Shown: positions 37,907 to 44,119 of the stretch, one piece after another
How positions within the stretch are numbered: the stretch's first letter is position 1
Layout: every line of letters starts with the position of its first letter
Assembly (NCBI RefSeq): GCF_006345805.1
Contig: NC_043005.1
Location: 90,148,001 to 90,212,000, forward strand
Reading direction: 5' to 3'
DNA length: 64,000 nt
Source of the DNA: Octopus sinensis
Taxonomy: Eukaryota
Position numbers and translations under genes: made by a program
The notes under the pieces: generated by a model
Database searches by the model: none
What the model was told of the DNA's origin: nothing
Seen by the model: the letters and a program-made list of their open reading frames with translations, nothing else

Positions 37907-40900
37907 ATATATATATACATTCATATATATATATATGTATATATGTTTGTCCCCCCAACATTGCTTGACAACCGATGTTAGTGTGTTTATGTCCCCCGTA
38001 ACATAGCGGTTCAGCAAAAGAGACCGATGGAATAAGTACTAGGCTTACAAAGAATAAGTCCTGGGGTCGATGTGCTCGACTAAAGGCGGTACCCCAGCAT
38101 GGCCACATGAAACAAGTAAAAGAGTAAAGAGAGAGAGAGCAACAACACTGACAACAATAAAATTCAGATTTCATAATTTCCTGTCCAAACCCAAGCAGTG
38201 TTAACTTTTCCTTTTATTTTTCCTTAAGGAAGAACTTGCCAACTACTAGGGTCTCTTTAAATTCACATTATCAATAAATGTCTGTCATCCATGCTGGCAT
38301 GAGTTGGATGGTTAGACAGAATATGACATGTCAGAGGATTGCCCCAGGCTCCAATGTCTGCTTGAACAGCTGGATGTCTTTTTCTAACACCAACCACTTC
38401 ACAGGGTTGTGAGGGTACTGCCCCCACCTTTTTCCATAGCTCCAGCACTAAGGAAGATTGCCTCATAACATGCCAATGGCCTAAATGGCAACTACACCTG
38501 ATAGAGAACAGGTAAGAGTAATCTACGGTTCTTAGTGGAAGGATGCAATATAGCAAGAGGAGGGAATGGGGGGGTATAAGAGGATTGAAAGAGGGGGAGG
38601 TAGAGTTGAAAATGTGGTAGGGTGGGTTGTGTGAAAGGGGATCTGGGGCAAAAGGGAAAGGAAGGGAGTAAAAGATTGAGTGGAATCTTGAGAGACACTG
38701 AAGACAGATATATAAGGAGTGTTATGGAGACATCTACAAAATTTGACCTCATGCCAACATCAGAAAGCAAGAATAATTTATTAAGTTCCGATCCATAATC
38801 TCATGTTCAAACAGAATTTTTTCTTTGTAAAATACTACATTTTCGATACCACTTCACTCGAGACTGGCCTGGTTCTACAATATGAATTTTGTTTTAAGTG
38901 ATCTAAATTATAATCTAACAAAAACTGTGTTGTTTCAAACACCAGTTAATAATTTGTCTTCCAAATGCAGTTAATAATGGAAATTATTTTACTAAATTCA
39001 TTATTTTCAAAATTAATTGAACTAAAAGTAGAGTGTTTCAACAGAGTATTGGCAGTTCACCAATATATCTATAGGCCATTCCCTTATCTCGAGGCCATGA
39101 AAAGAGTGGAAATGCCACTATCATTGGAAAGTTGGATGGTAGTAGGGAATAAAATCCTAAGCATGAAAAAATAATTTGGATTTCTTTCCACTTCACTGAA
39201 CAAATTGCACTTTTATGATCAGTGTTCAGGAAACTTGTCAGTTTGACTAACATTAATTATCTATAGGACATGTGACCAACAAGAAATTAGCAATTGAAAG
39301 ACAGGCATTTCAACAAAAATACAGTAACAAAAGGGTCAAGTAGCTTGATGCATTTCATAGGAGAGAGGACAGTCAGTCTTAAAGTTCTACCACTATTGGC
39401 TGGGACTTAAAAATAAGGCAAAGAAGTCAATAAAATTGGTTCAATACTTGAATGATACTTAATACTGGAAAGATATGATCAAGATGATCAATGCAGGGTA
39501 TTATTTTAAAAAATCACTAATTTTTAAGACCAAAATTTATTCTGAGCAGCTTTTAAATTTTGAATATAGCTGCATAAATTTACAAAGGAAATAGTAAAAT
39601 TTTCATAGTATAATTGAAAAGGGTTTAAGTGAAATTGTTACAACTAATAATGTATAAATGTAGTTCCCCAGATTTGTTCCTTACAAGCAAAGGAAGGAGC
39701 CTCTGCATAGTTGGTCAACCTTCTAGAAATAGTTACCAGGCCCCTGTGCTGGTGGCACATAAAAAGCACCCACTACACTCACGGAGTGGTTGGCGTTAGG
39801 AAGGGCATCCAGCTGTAGAAACACTGCCAGATCAGACTGGTGCCTGGTGCAGCCTCCTGGCTTCCCAGACCCCGGTCGAACTGTCCAACCCATACTAGCA
39901 TGGATGCGGACGTTAAATGATGATGATCTTCAAATCACAAAACTGTCTGAAACTTTTCGCATTCAGATTATCCTGTTGAATGTAAAGCTTATGTACATGG
40001 TTTTGAGTTAATCATGCGTTATCTTGTAACATTGAGATTTCAGTGATATAATTGTTTATTTTTTTGAATGACATTGTAGGGTATGTGTGATAGGGCAGAT
40101 CTGGACAATTTGTGCCTTAAACAAACTAAGTCGGTCATGGCTCTGGTTCAAATGCTAAAGTGTTAATGGTAGAGTAACCACATTTTGTACAGGATTTGTT
40201 TATTGCTTTTTTTTAAAGAGGGGCTACAGTTTTTCAATTAACCCAAGAGCTAGATCATCAACATCGTTTAGCATCCGCTTTCCATGCTGGCATGGGTTGG
40301 ACGGTTCAACTGGGTCTGAAAAGCCAGAAGGCTGCACCAGGCCCAGTCTGATCTGGCAATGTTTCTACGGCTGGATGCCCTTCCTAACACCAACCGCTCC
40401 GTGAGTGTAGAGGGTGCTTTTTACGTGCCACCGGCACGGAGGCCAGGCCAGGCTGGCAACAGCCACGATCGGGTGGTGCTAAGCACAATATAAAAGTAAA
40501 ACAATGAGAGAGGAGGAAATGTGTTGTATTAATGCTTTTCTTAAAGAGCACCAGTTATGTAAGTGAAATATATAACTGATGGAATCTGCAACCATTGATT
40601 TAGAACAATATGGGAAAAAACAAAAGTTTAATACTTTTACAACTATACTTCTAGCATGTAATCTGCCTTAATTATTTCAATTTTCAAACTAATCCACACT
40701 TTGGAAAAGTAATAAAATATCTAAAGCATGATATATTAATTGTTTAGCCCCAGTTAATAAGAACTGCAATCAAAGAGATCACTGAGGCAGATTTTCTATG
40801 GCGTAATGAATGCTTTCCCTGTCGGTAATCCTTGGTTTCCAACAGGTAATATTTCCTCAGGGCCACACATTTCCTTGGAAGATTGAAAATGAGTGAGACC

Positions 40901-43545
40901 ACTTCTGTGGTGGTAACATGTGTTTACAACTATTAAGTGAAGACAGGGAGACAGACATGGTTGGTGTTAGGAAGGGCATCTAACCATAGAAACCACGCCA
41001 TCAAAATATAACAGAGATGATACTGTAAGATATCAGCTGGTAAGTGAATGTAAGAGCACGATGCAGTCCTGTAACCCATCAGATCCAATCCAATCCAGCA
41101 TGGAAAACGGATGTTAAAAAATGATGAGCTTCACTCATTTTCCATCTATCAAATCTGTACTTTAATCGGCCAGGACACTTGCCTAAGATAACACAATACA
41201 AACACACACCACATTATCTGAGGTTTCTTTCTTTTTTTTTTTTGTTAAGTCCTTCAGTAAATGAGGGGCAACAGCCATGATTTTTGCCAACTCACCTACA
41301 GTAGGGAGAGAGCAATATGGTTGACAGCTAGGATGAACACCTGAGGTTACATGCAACCGATTCCTAATGGGAATTATGATGGAAAGTATTAATTCCAACA
41401 TGATCGCTTTAAAATGAGATTTGTTTCAAAGAGCCAGAGTCTCAGAAAGGATATAAGGGTCTGCTGCTTAGAATGCTTGCTAGTGTTAACCCAGCAACAT
41501 GTTACCTCTTCTGTCAAAAAGGGAAAACTAAAGTCACACCACAATACTGAGACGGACTTCACAGTATGCAGCATAGCTGCTAAAGATGGTTAAAGATCCT
41601 CAAATCAACTAAGTTTCTTAAGTCTAGTATCTCAGAAAGAGAGATGAAGGTGTAGAGGGACATCTGGTAAGTGCTTGTTGATATGTGGAATACCTGAACC
41701 TCTTCAGACAATTCTTCCTGGCAGCAATCAAGACAACACTTCTTCATAGATGTTAAATTTCGATTCTCATTACATCCATGGCTAAGTTTGTTGAGGTTTC
41801 AAATGACCTTCAGTTTCAAACATATGCAGATGGCAACCAATCGTCTTGCTATCTTCTGATCTCCTCCAGTTGACAAGAAGATAGCAAGATGCCTGTCTAC
41901 AGCATCTTTGTGACACCCAAAGTGCCCATTAGCCAAATCATCCGGGAACCAACCTTTGGGAAAGGTGAACCATAGGCATCCTTCTAAAACCATGGTCAAG
42001 TCTCTGATCAAGGACTGCTGGTACGACTGTTGATGACCTCAGGTCATTGGTGATGAAATAGGACATGTAGCATGCCATCATCATGTCCAACTCCACCACA
42101 AGTTGGAATCAATGGATGATGATGACTATGTTAGGCCCCACCACAGACACAGGCTTTGTTTCCTTCAGTAAAATAAAAACCACTAACATCAGTTAACGTT
42201 TGTTTCCCATGCTGGTATGGGTTGGTTGGTTCAGCAGGATCCAGCAGAGCTGTGTCAAGCTTCAATGCCAGTCTTGGCATGTTTCTATAGCTGGATGCCT
42301 TCCCAAACACCAACCACTTTTTTGTGCCAGTAATGAGTAGCCCTGCCAAGTAACTTGCAGCAAGAAAAAACTCCTCTTCCACTAAACGACATGATTGAGA
42401 TGGAGAAGTAGTTTTAATCCAGGTGTTAGGGGCTTAAGTATGATGGCGGGACAAGTACAGGTGTCCTGTTATAGAATTATCATCATCGTTTAATGTCTGC
42501 TTCCCATGCTAGCATGGGTTGGATGATTTGACTGAAGACTGGCGAACCAGATGGCTGCACCAGGCTCCAGTCTGATCTGGCAGTGTTTCTACAGCTTGAT
42601 GCCCTTCCTAACGCCAACAACTATGAGAGTGTAGTGAGTGCTTTTTACATGCCACCTGCATGAGGGCCAGTCAGGCGGTACTGGCAACAACCACTCTCAA
42701 ATGATGCTTTTTACGTGCCACCTGCACAGGAGCCAGTCCAGCAGCACTGGCAACAATTTCGCTTGAATGTTTTTTCACGTGTCACCACAAGTGCCAGTAA
42801 GGCGACGCAGGTAACGATATACATGACTACGCTACATTATGTTTATTAAAATGAACACAAATACACCTACAACCCAACATCCCCACCATCATTTAACATC
42901 CGTTTTCCATGCCAGTATGGGTTGGATGGTTTGACAGGAAGTGGCAAGCTGTAGAATTGCACCAGGTTCCAGTTGCCCATTATGGCATGGTTTATATGGC
43001 CAGATTCCCTTCCTAATGCCAACCACTTTACAGAGTGTACAGAGTGCTTTTTACATGGAACTGGCACCCTAGAAAATCAAAAAGGATCAAAAACTTCCTT
43101 CCCAAGTCATAGGCTCATAAGGCCGATTCTGTGGCATATATATATTCCTCCGCAATAGAACACCAGTTAGCTGAAGGATTACTCATATTTACCAGCCAAG
43201 TGGAGTAGAGTAAATATGAAATGAAGTTTTTGTTCAAGAACACAGTGCACTGCCTGGTCCAAGAATTGAAACCACAATCTTATGATCATGAGTGCAACAC
43301 CCTAACTGCTAAGTCACATGTCCTCACACTAGAAAGTAGCTGAGAGAAAATGTCAAACACCAGAACTGGTACATGGAGGTAGGTTTTAGTGACAAAATAT
43401 GATAATGCAAAGAAAGAAAAATGTCTACTTACTCTGAGAATGTGGTGTATGTTTCTAATCTCGCTTTTGTCGTGCAATCAGGTGATCGCAAAACAGAGAG
43501 TATATTCGTTAATTTCATTTCCTCGTTTGCTTTTGTGACAAGCAT
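1913..43545 (-). CDS. RIF1: RIF1 (replication timing regulatory factor 1 / Rap1-interacting factor 1), spliced CDS, 25 coding exons, 3'-incomplete
   Basis: Joined exons total 3224 nt (1074 codons + 2 nt), with no stops and matching phases at all GT-AG junctions. Peptides resemble recalled metazoan RIF1 motifs: ELKKLFQSRNEVYVLRVW, ELGFKS..AFSAWKYLIENFA, KKLEVWWY, GTPALFL, NEINQGDALEHNF, ILTQHQKEVLK, PAMYNSLDQSQD. Confidence 0.96.
2923..3002 (-). CDS. RIF1: RIF1 exon 25
   Basis: 80 nt, phase 0-2; DFVVIEPPQNKRRILTQHQKEVLKER. Confidence 0.95.
3194..3712 (-). repeat. Composite of old tRNA-SINE copies; first copy of a ~0.5 kb direct duplication
   Basis: Colinear with 5088-5583, including the same SINE-SINE junctions. 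ORF-track peptides 3404..3589 and 5269..5463 are nearly identical. Confidence 0.8.
4076..4246 (-). CDS. RIF1: RIF1 exon 24
   Basis: 171 nt, phase 0-0; ASSQVSDEVVPAPVSPNKMHGSLLKNIPSPKKPSILCKHKPVASVIKRLSIGDMKDQ. Confidence 0.88.
5088..5583 (-). repeat. Second copy of the ~0.5 kb direct duplication
   Basis: See 3194-3712. Confidence 0.8.
5761..6006 (+). mobile_element. 5'-truncated RTE-LINE 3'UTR copy
   Basis: Ends GGAAAGCAGATGTTAAATGATGATGATGATG. Confidence 0.75.
6456..6680 (-). mobile_element. tRNA-derived SINE (family B, GGCGGCGAGCTGGCAGAAACG head)
   Basis: Matches copies at 17571-17799, 43893-44119 and 52034-52263; B-box-like GAGTTCAAATTCC. Confidence 0.8.
6828..6933 (-). CDS. RIF1: RIF1 exon 23
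   Basis: 106 nt, phase 2-0; RALAKVKEKMVIRLPGWISTEIHVIEETPTSQYSQ. Confidence 0.93.
7575..8810 (+). mobile_element. Internally deleted piggyBac transposon with transposase N-terminal remnant
   Basis: TTAA TSDs at 7571-7574 and 8811-8814. TIRs CCCTTTTGTTAC / GTAACGAAAGGG. Acidic N-terminus (7845..8030) and piggyBac-type motifs ALDYFFLLF..ETNRY..W.PTTLNEIKAYFAINIIMGIRKLP. The catalytic DDD region is missing. Confidence 0.9.
9241..9621 (+). mobile_element. Full-length tRNA-derived SINE (family A, GGCGTAGGAGTGGCTGTG head)
   Basis: A-box/B-box-like head (TGGCTGTGTAG / GGTTCAGTCCC), internal TA/TG microsatellite, AAGTAAAAGAGTAAA tail; many copies in the window. Confidence 0.85.
9816..10018 (-). CDS. 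RIF1: RIF1 exon 22
   Basis: 203 nt, phase 0-2; HDKLWQDVINSIQNTYKGMYDTDFLNVLAPLLEVNFLHPRRFIKNQTVQLWKATFSQTPSLAYTDSL. Confidence 0.95.
10373..10885 (+). mobile_element. 5'-truncated RTE-LINE 3'UTR copy
   Basis: Tandem hairpin units and (GAT)n tail. Confidence 0.8.
11335..12222 (-). mobile_element. 5'-truncated RTE-clade LINE (ORF2 C-terminus + repeat-containing 3'UTR)
   Basis: Translates VQERRLRWYGHVTRMAEDSCAK/CHTLAVEGTCGRGRPRKTWVEVVKHDLRTLGLTKEMTRDRNLWKYAV (one frameshift), an RTE-type C-terminus; then 3'UTR and (GAT)n tail. Confidence 0.88.
12459..12647 (-). CDS. RIF1: RIF1 exon 21
   Basis: 189 nt, phase 0-0; TVNFASLQSAARHLIGIMTTLFSEITSPNSVPLLLEKTSKAVSSLFVLAKATYKVFPSSSLPK. Confidence 0.9.
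13084..13638 (+). mobile_element. TTAA piggyBac-type MITE interrupted by a family-A SINE (13190-13528, minus)
   Basis: TTAA|CCCTTCTG... and ...AAATGGG|TTAA ends. The interior matches the MITE at 20751-20960. The SINE is the reverse complement of 9241-9621. Confidence 0.7.
13975..14560 (-). mobile_element. Old degenerate RTE LINE fragment
   Basis: Broken frame reads WYCGHVIRMSEERITRWILQAEPTSRRL*CTPRMRWLDYI. Confidence 0.55.
14885..15033 (-). CDS. RIF1: RIF1 exon 20
   Basis: 149 nt, phase 1-0; LGSPGKWGGKRKQNPLKNLNSVIDLVVLVTNSVFEQINREEYESSVDKQ. Confidence 0.9.
16428..16530 (-). CDS. RIF1: RIF1 exon 19
   Basis: 103 nt, phase 0-1; KLKTDTLFLEQLTMICGTLLSFVDFSPHSRNTSF. Confidence 0.93.
16912..17290 (-). 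mobile_element. 5'-truncated RTE-LINE 3'UTR copy
   Basis: Near-identical to 11335-11870 but with fewer internal tandem units. Confidence 0.8.
17571..17799 (-). mobile_element. Young family-B SINE with 19-bp target-site duplication
   Basis: GCCATAAGGAAATATTACC at 17552-17570 and 17817-17835; CpGs retained. Confidence 0.88.
17988..18140 (-). CDS. RIF1: RIF1 exon 18
   Basis: 153 nt, phase 0-0; TVNKTLMKTWSNIYRTFANLAALVVNAAPNVTCEHLSHLIVTDLHLPTGSQ. Confidence 0.95.
18880..19246 (+). mobile_element. 5'-truncated RTE-LINE 3'UTR copy
   Basis: Same body and (GAT)n tail as 10373-10885. Confidence 0.78.
19517..19621 (-). CDS. RIF1: RIF1 exon 17
   Basis: 105 nt, phase 0-0; NNEINQGDALEHNFTCLYRSLFFPVKWLFGNQLFA. 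Confidence 0.97.
19686..19900. mobile_element. TTAA MITE, second family (CCCTTTAGCATT-type TIR)
   Basis: TTAA|TCCTTTAGCATT...AATGCTAAGGGG|TTAA; related copies near 21618-21810, 27379-27588 and 45245-45440. Confidence 0.7.
20751..20960 (+). mobile_element. piggyBac-type MITE (210 bp)
   Basis: TTAA|CCCTTTCGTTACC...ATGAAAGGG|TTAA; ends match the TIRs of the 7575-8810 element. Confidence 0.8.
21180..21360 (-). CDS. RIF1: RIF1 exon 16
   Basis: 181 nt, phase 2-0; YLTLFVSMIELGMANPSGVLEYCQAVIQILDLHATYVEQKEQLWRLWSCLVNPLLDYISK. Confidence 0.95.
22256..22329 (-). CDS. RIF1: RIF1 exon 15
   Basis: 74 nt, phase 0-2; GTPALFLTELLLTPSMLKEGVSQE. Confidence 0.94.
22952..23321 (+). mobile_element. Non-autonomous Helitron-like element
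   Basis: 5' A|TC then (TA)n. 3' hairpin ATGACCCGGC-GTT-GCTGGGTCAT followed by degenerate ATAG|T. A 5'-end fragment in reverse lies at about 25545-25652. Confidence 0.65.
23582..23985 (+). mobile_element. Non-autonomous Helitron-like element (second family)
   Basis: A|TCTATATA... start, CCCGAGCAATACCGGG hairpin, CTAG|T end, A/T target, no TSD. A truncated 5' copy lies at about 43678-43770. Confidence 0.78.
24078..24161 (-). CDS. RIF1: RIF1 exon 14
   Basis: 84 nt, phase 0-0; KLFLAVTKLPKKILCSTAYNISSGEKIH. Confidence 0.92.
24910..25067 (-). CDS. RIF1: RIF1 exon 13
   Basis: 158 nt, phase 1-0; DLVVYIWSLFVEHLKLGLEAGLKTDTRDALSSFLCDFSTLILSRPAPYSVKY. Confidence 0.9.
25201..25305 (-). CDS. RIF1: RIF1 exon 12
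   Basis: 105 nt, phase 1-1; PLNSNIIMGPALFLKQCSVIAYSLVELVCSADAP. Confidence 0.9.
26104..26319 (-). mobile_element. piggyBac-type MITE (216 bp)
   Basis: TTAA|CCCTTTTGTTAC...GGTAACGAAAGGG|TTAA; reverse orientation of 20751-20960. Confidence 0.85.
26443..26592 (-). CDS. RIF1: RIF1 exon 11
   Basis: 150 nt, phase 1-1; SVSSSISLPSQGTLWPSFPSLQLKGLEAIAHLLQLPPAHVDYPTIKFDL. Confidence 0.92.
26755..27227 (+). mobile_element. CR1/L2-group LINE 3' fragment
   Basis: Reads LGMDTLKLRRLAADL...NTRGHIYKVRKQHISHDFRKHLFTLRVAEAWNKL; (ATT)n tail. Confidence 0.75.
27810..28169 (+). mobile_element. 5'-truncated RTE-LINE 3'UTR copy
   Basis: Ends GGAAAGCGGACGTTAAACGATGATGATGATG, about 30 nt from the exon 10 donor. 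Confidence 0.78.
28202..28274 (-). CDS. RIF1: RIF1 exon 10
   Basis: 73 nt, phase 0-1; VCTPLLRFCVGGKWTQGARNTPTL. Confidence 0.9.
28455..28686 (-). mobile_element. tRNA-derived SINE (family D, GGAGGTGCGTGGCTTAGTGGTTAG head)
   Basis: A-box TGGCTTAGTGG and B-box-like GTTTCGATTCC; related copies at about 4425-4597, 15890-16090, 43115-43330, 61135-61320 and 61655-61830. Confidence 0.75.
29023..29542. repeat. Inverted duplication, ~200-bp arms (29023-29222 / 29340-29542)
   Basis: Arms are reverse complements with about three substitutions and one 3-nt indel; (TA)n-bounded spacer of about 117 bp. Confidence 0.92.
29783..29934 (-). CDS. RIF1: RIF1 exon 9
   Basis: 152 nt, phase 1-0; IIGDQKRIKLLMQVFKINNAKTENVALKKLEVWWYFVRKLDTKLLGNFDM. 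Confidence 0.96.
30824..30956 (-). CDS. RIF1: RIF1 exon 8
   Basis: 133 nt, phase 0-1; ELHCVFINQLLPIVELGFKSPNPNIKYEAFSAWKYLIENFASNP. Confidence 0.96.
31100..31192 (-). CDS. RIF1: RIF1 exon 7
   Basis: 93 nt, phase 0-0; KMASELKKLFQSRNEVYVLRVWSLLVQLLGT. Confidence 0.96.
31906..32095 (-). CDS. RIF1: RIF1 exon 6
   Basis: 190 nt, phase 2-0; LLQQVPKKMNEKAINWSHHVYSLLGHGAIRIREKALQALSIALPALLVNPNGLVASMVADVKT. Confidence 0.94.
32758..33820 (-). mobile_element. 5'-truncated CR1/L2-group LINE with uninterrupted RT C-terminal ORF
   Basis: ORF 32783..33859 contains QGTVLGPILF, FADD, KFELIRYG, DLGI, LDYCSQLWSP-like and ERRFERY motifs; short 3'UTR and (AAATG)n tail. Confidence 0.9.
34086..34180 (-). CDS. RIF1: RIF1 exon 5
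   Basis: 95 nt, phase 0-2; INPILDALEHSFSKPLSQSVLVEHEAVNLVV. Confidence 0.93.
35400..35730 (+). mobile_element. Family-A SINE, internally deleted
   Basis: Matches 9241-9621; ends about 25 nt from the exon 4 donor. Confidence 0.75.
35758..35899 (-). CDS. RIF1: RIF1 exon 4
   Basis: 142 nt, phase 2-0; SMGLKDSNEVIRNLCHCALETEDKVVCTRALWCLANQVLQPDIVCNQ. Confidence 0.94.
36112..36279 (-). CDS. RIF1: RIF1 exon 3
   Basis: 168 nt, phase 2-2; KLKMETNDLAFVQDVAKSSKQVISLIQSDIMGSSSELTESALQVLGLCLQNQTII. Confidence 0.92.
36313..38135 (+). mobile_element. Family-A SINE split by ~1.4 kb of nested insertions
   Basis: 5' half at 36313-36495 and 3' half at 37935-38135, both bordered by (TA)n. Confidence 0.7.
36540..36780 (-). 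mobile_element. Helitron 3' end (5' limit uncertain)
   Basis: The minus strand ends GCCGAGCATCGCCGGGCAATTCTGCTAG|T (hairpin + CTAG), inserted in a TA tract. Confidence 0.6.
41300..42128 (+). mobile_element. Heavily degenerate RTE-type LINE 3' end
   Basis: Frameshifted pieces resemble the RL.GH..R..IA..L.W.P..G...GRP..T....L..D.G..DDL pattern; (GAT)n tail. 5' limit approximate. Confidence 0.45.
42478..42822 (-). mobile_element. 5'-truncated RTE-LINE 3'UTR copy
   Basis: (CAT)n tail and shared body; further copies at 39741-39927 (+), 40254-40480 (-) and 60059-60332 (-). Confidence 0.78.
43433..43545 (-). CDS. RIF1: RIF1 exon 2 coding part (exon starts at 43561; 16 nt 5'UTR)
   Basis: ttttaaag|GTCATAATCTTCAACAATG...; MLVTKANEEMKLTNILSVLRSPDCTTKARLETYTTFS; donor GA|gtaagt, phase 2. 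Confidence 0.85.
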
Positions 43546-43892
43546 TGTTGAAGATTATGACCTTTAAAATAAAAACAAAAGCATTTATATAAATAGTAAA
43601 AACAATAAACAAATCCTTCATGTCACAACAGAAAACAAAAAATTACCAGAGCAGACCTGCCACAACAGCTTGGCAAATCTCTATAAAGCTGAAGTTGTCT
43701 GTGTGTGGCAGGTTTGGTAGCCTTCAACTAACATTATCTCCTCCAAGACCCTGCAGTGCACCAACACTAATGTGGTTGCTATGTAACTTGCAAGACACAA
43801 AAGAACATAAAAAAGGAAAAGGAAAAAATTCTACGAAGAGGAAGTATCCAGGAGGGGAAGGTGGAGATGGGTGGTTGTATGCCAGGTGTTGA

Positions 43893-44119
43893 AAGGCAGC
43901 GAGCTGGCAGAAACATTAGCACGCCGGGTGAAATGCGTAGCCGTATTTCATCAGCCATTACATTCTGAGTTCAAATTCCGCAGAGGTTGACTTTCATCCT
44001 TTCGGGGTCAATTAAATAAGTACCAGTTACGCACCGGGGTCGATATAATCGACTTAATCCGTTTGTCTGTCCTTGTTTGTCCCCTGTGTTTAGCCCCTTG
44101 TGGGTAGTAAAGAAATAGG
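43893..44119 (+). mobile_element. Family-B SINE
   Basis: Matches 52034-52263. Confidence 0.82.

Noticed and set aside
38560-38680. G-rich purine tract with several G runs (possible G-quadruplex)
   Set aside because: Long irregular loops within degenerate repeat-like DNA. The link to fission-yeast Rif1 binding G4 is coincidental, with no support here.
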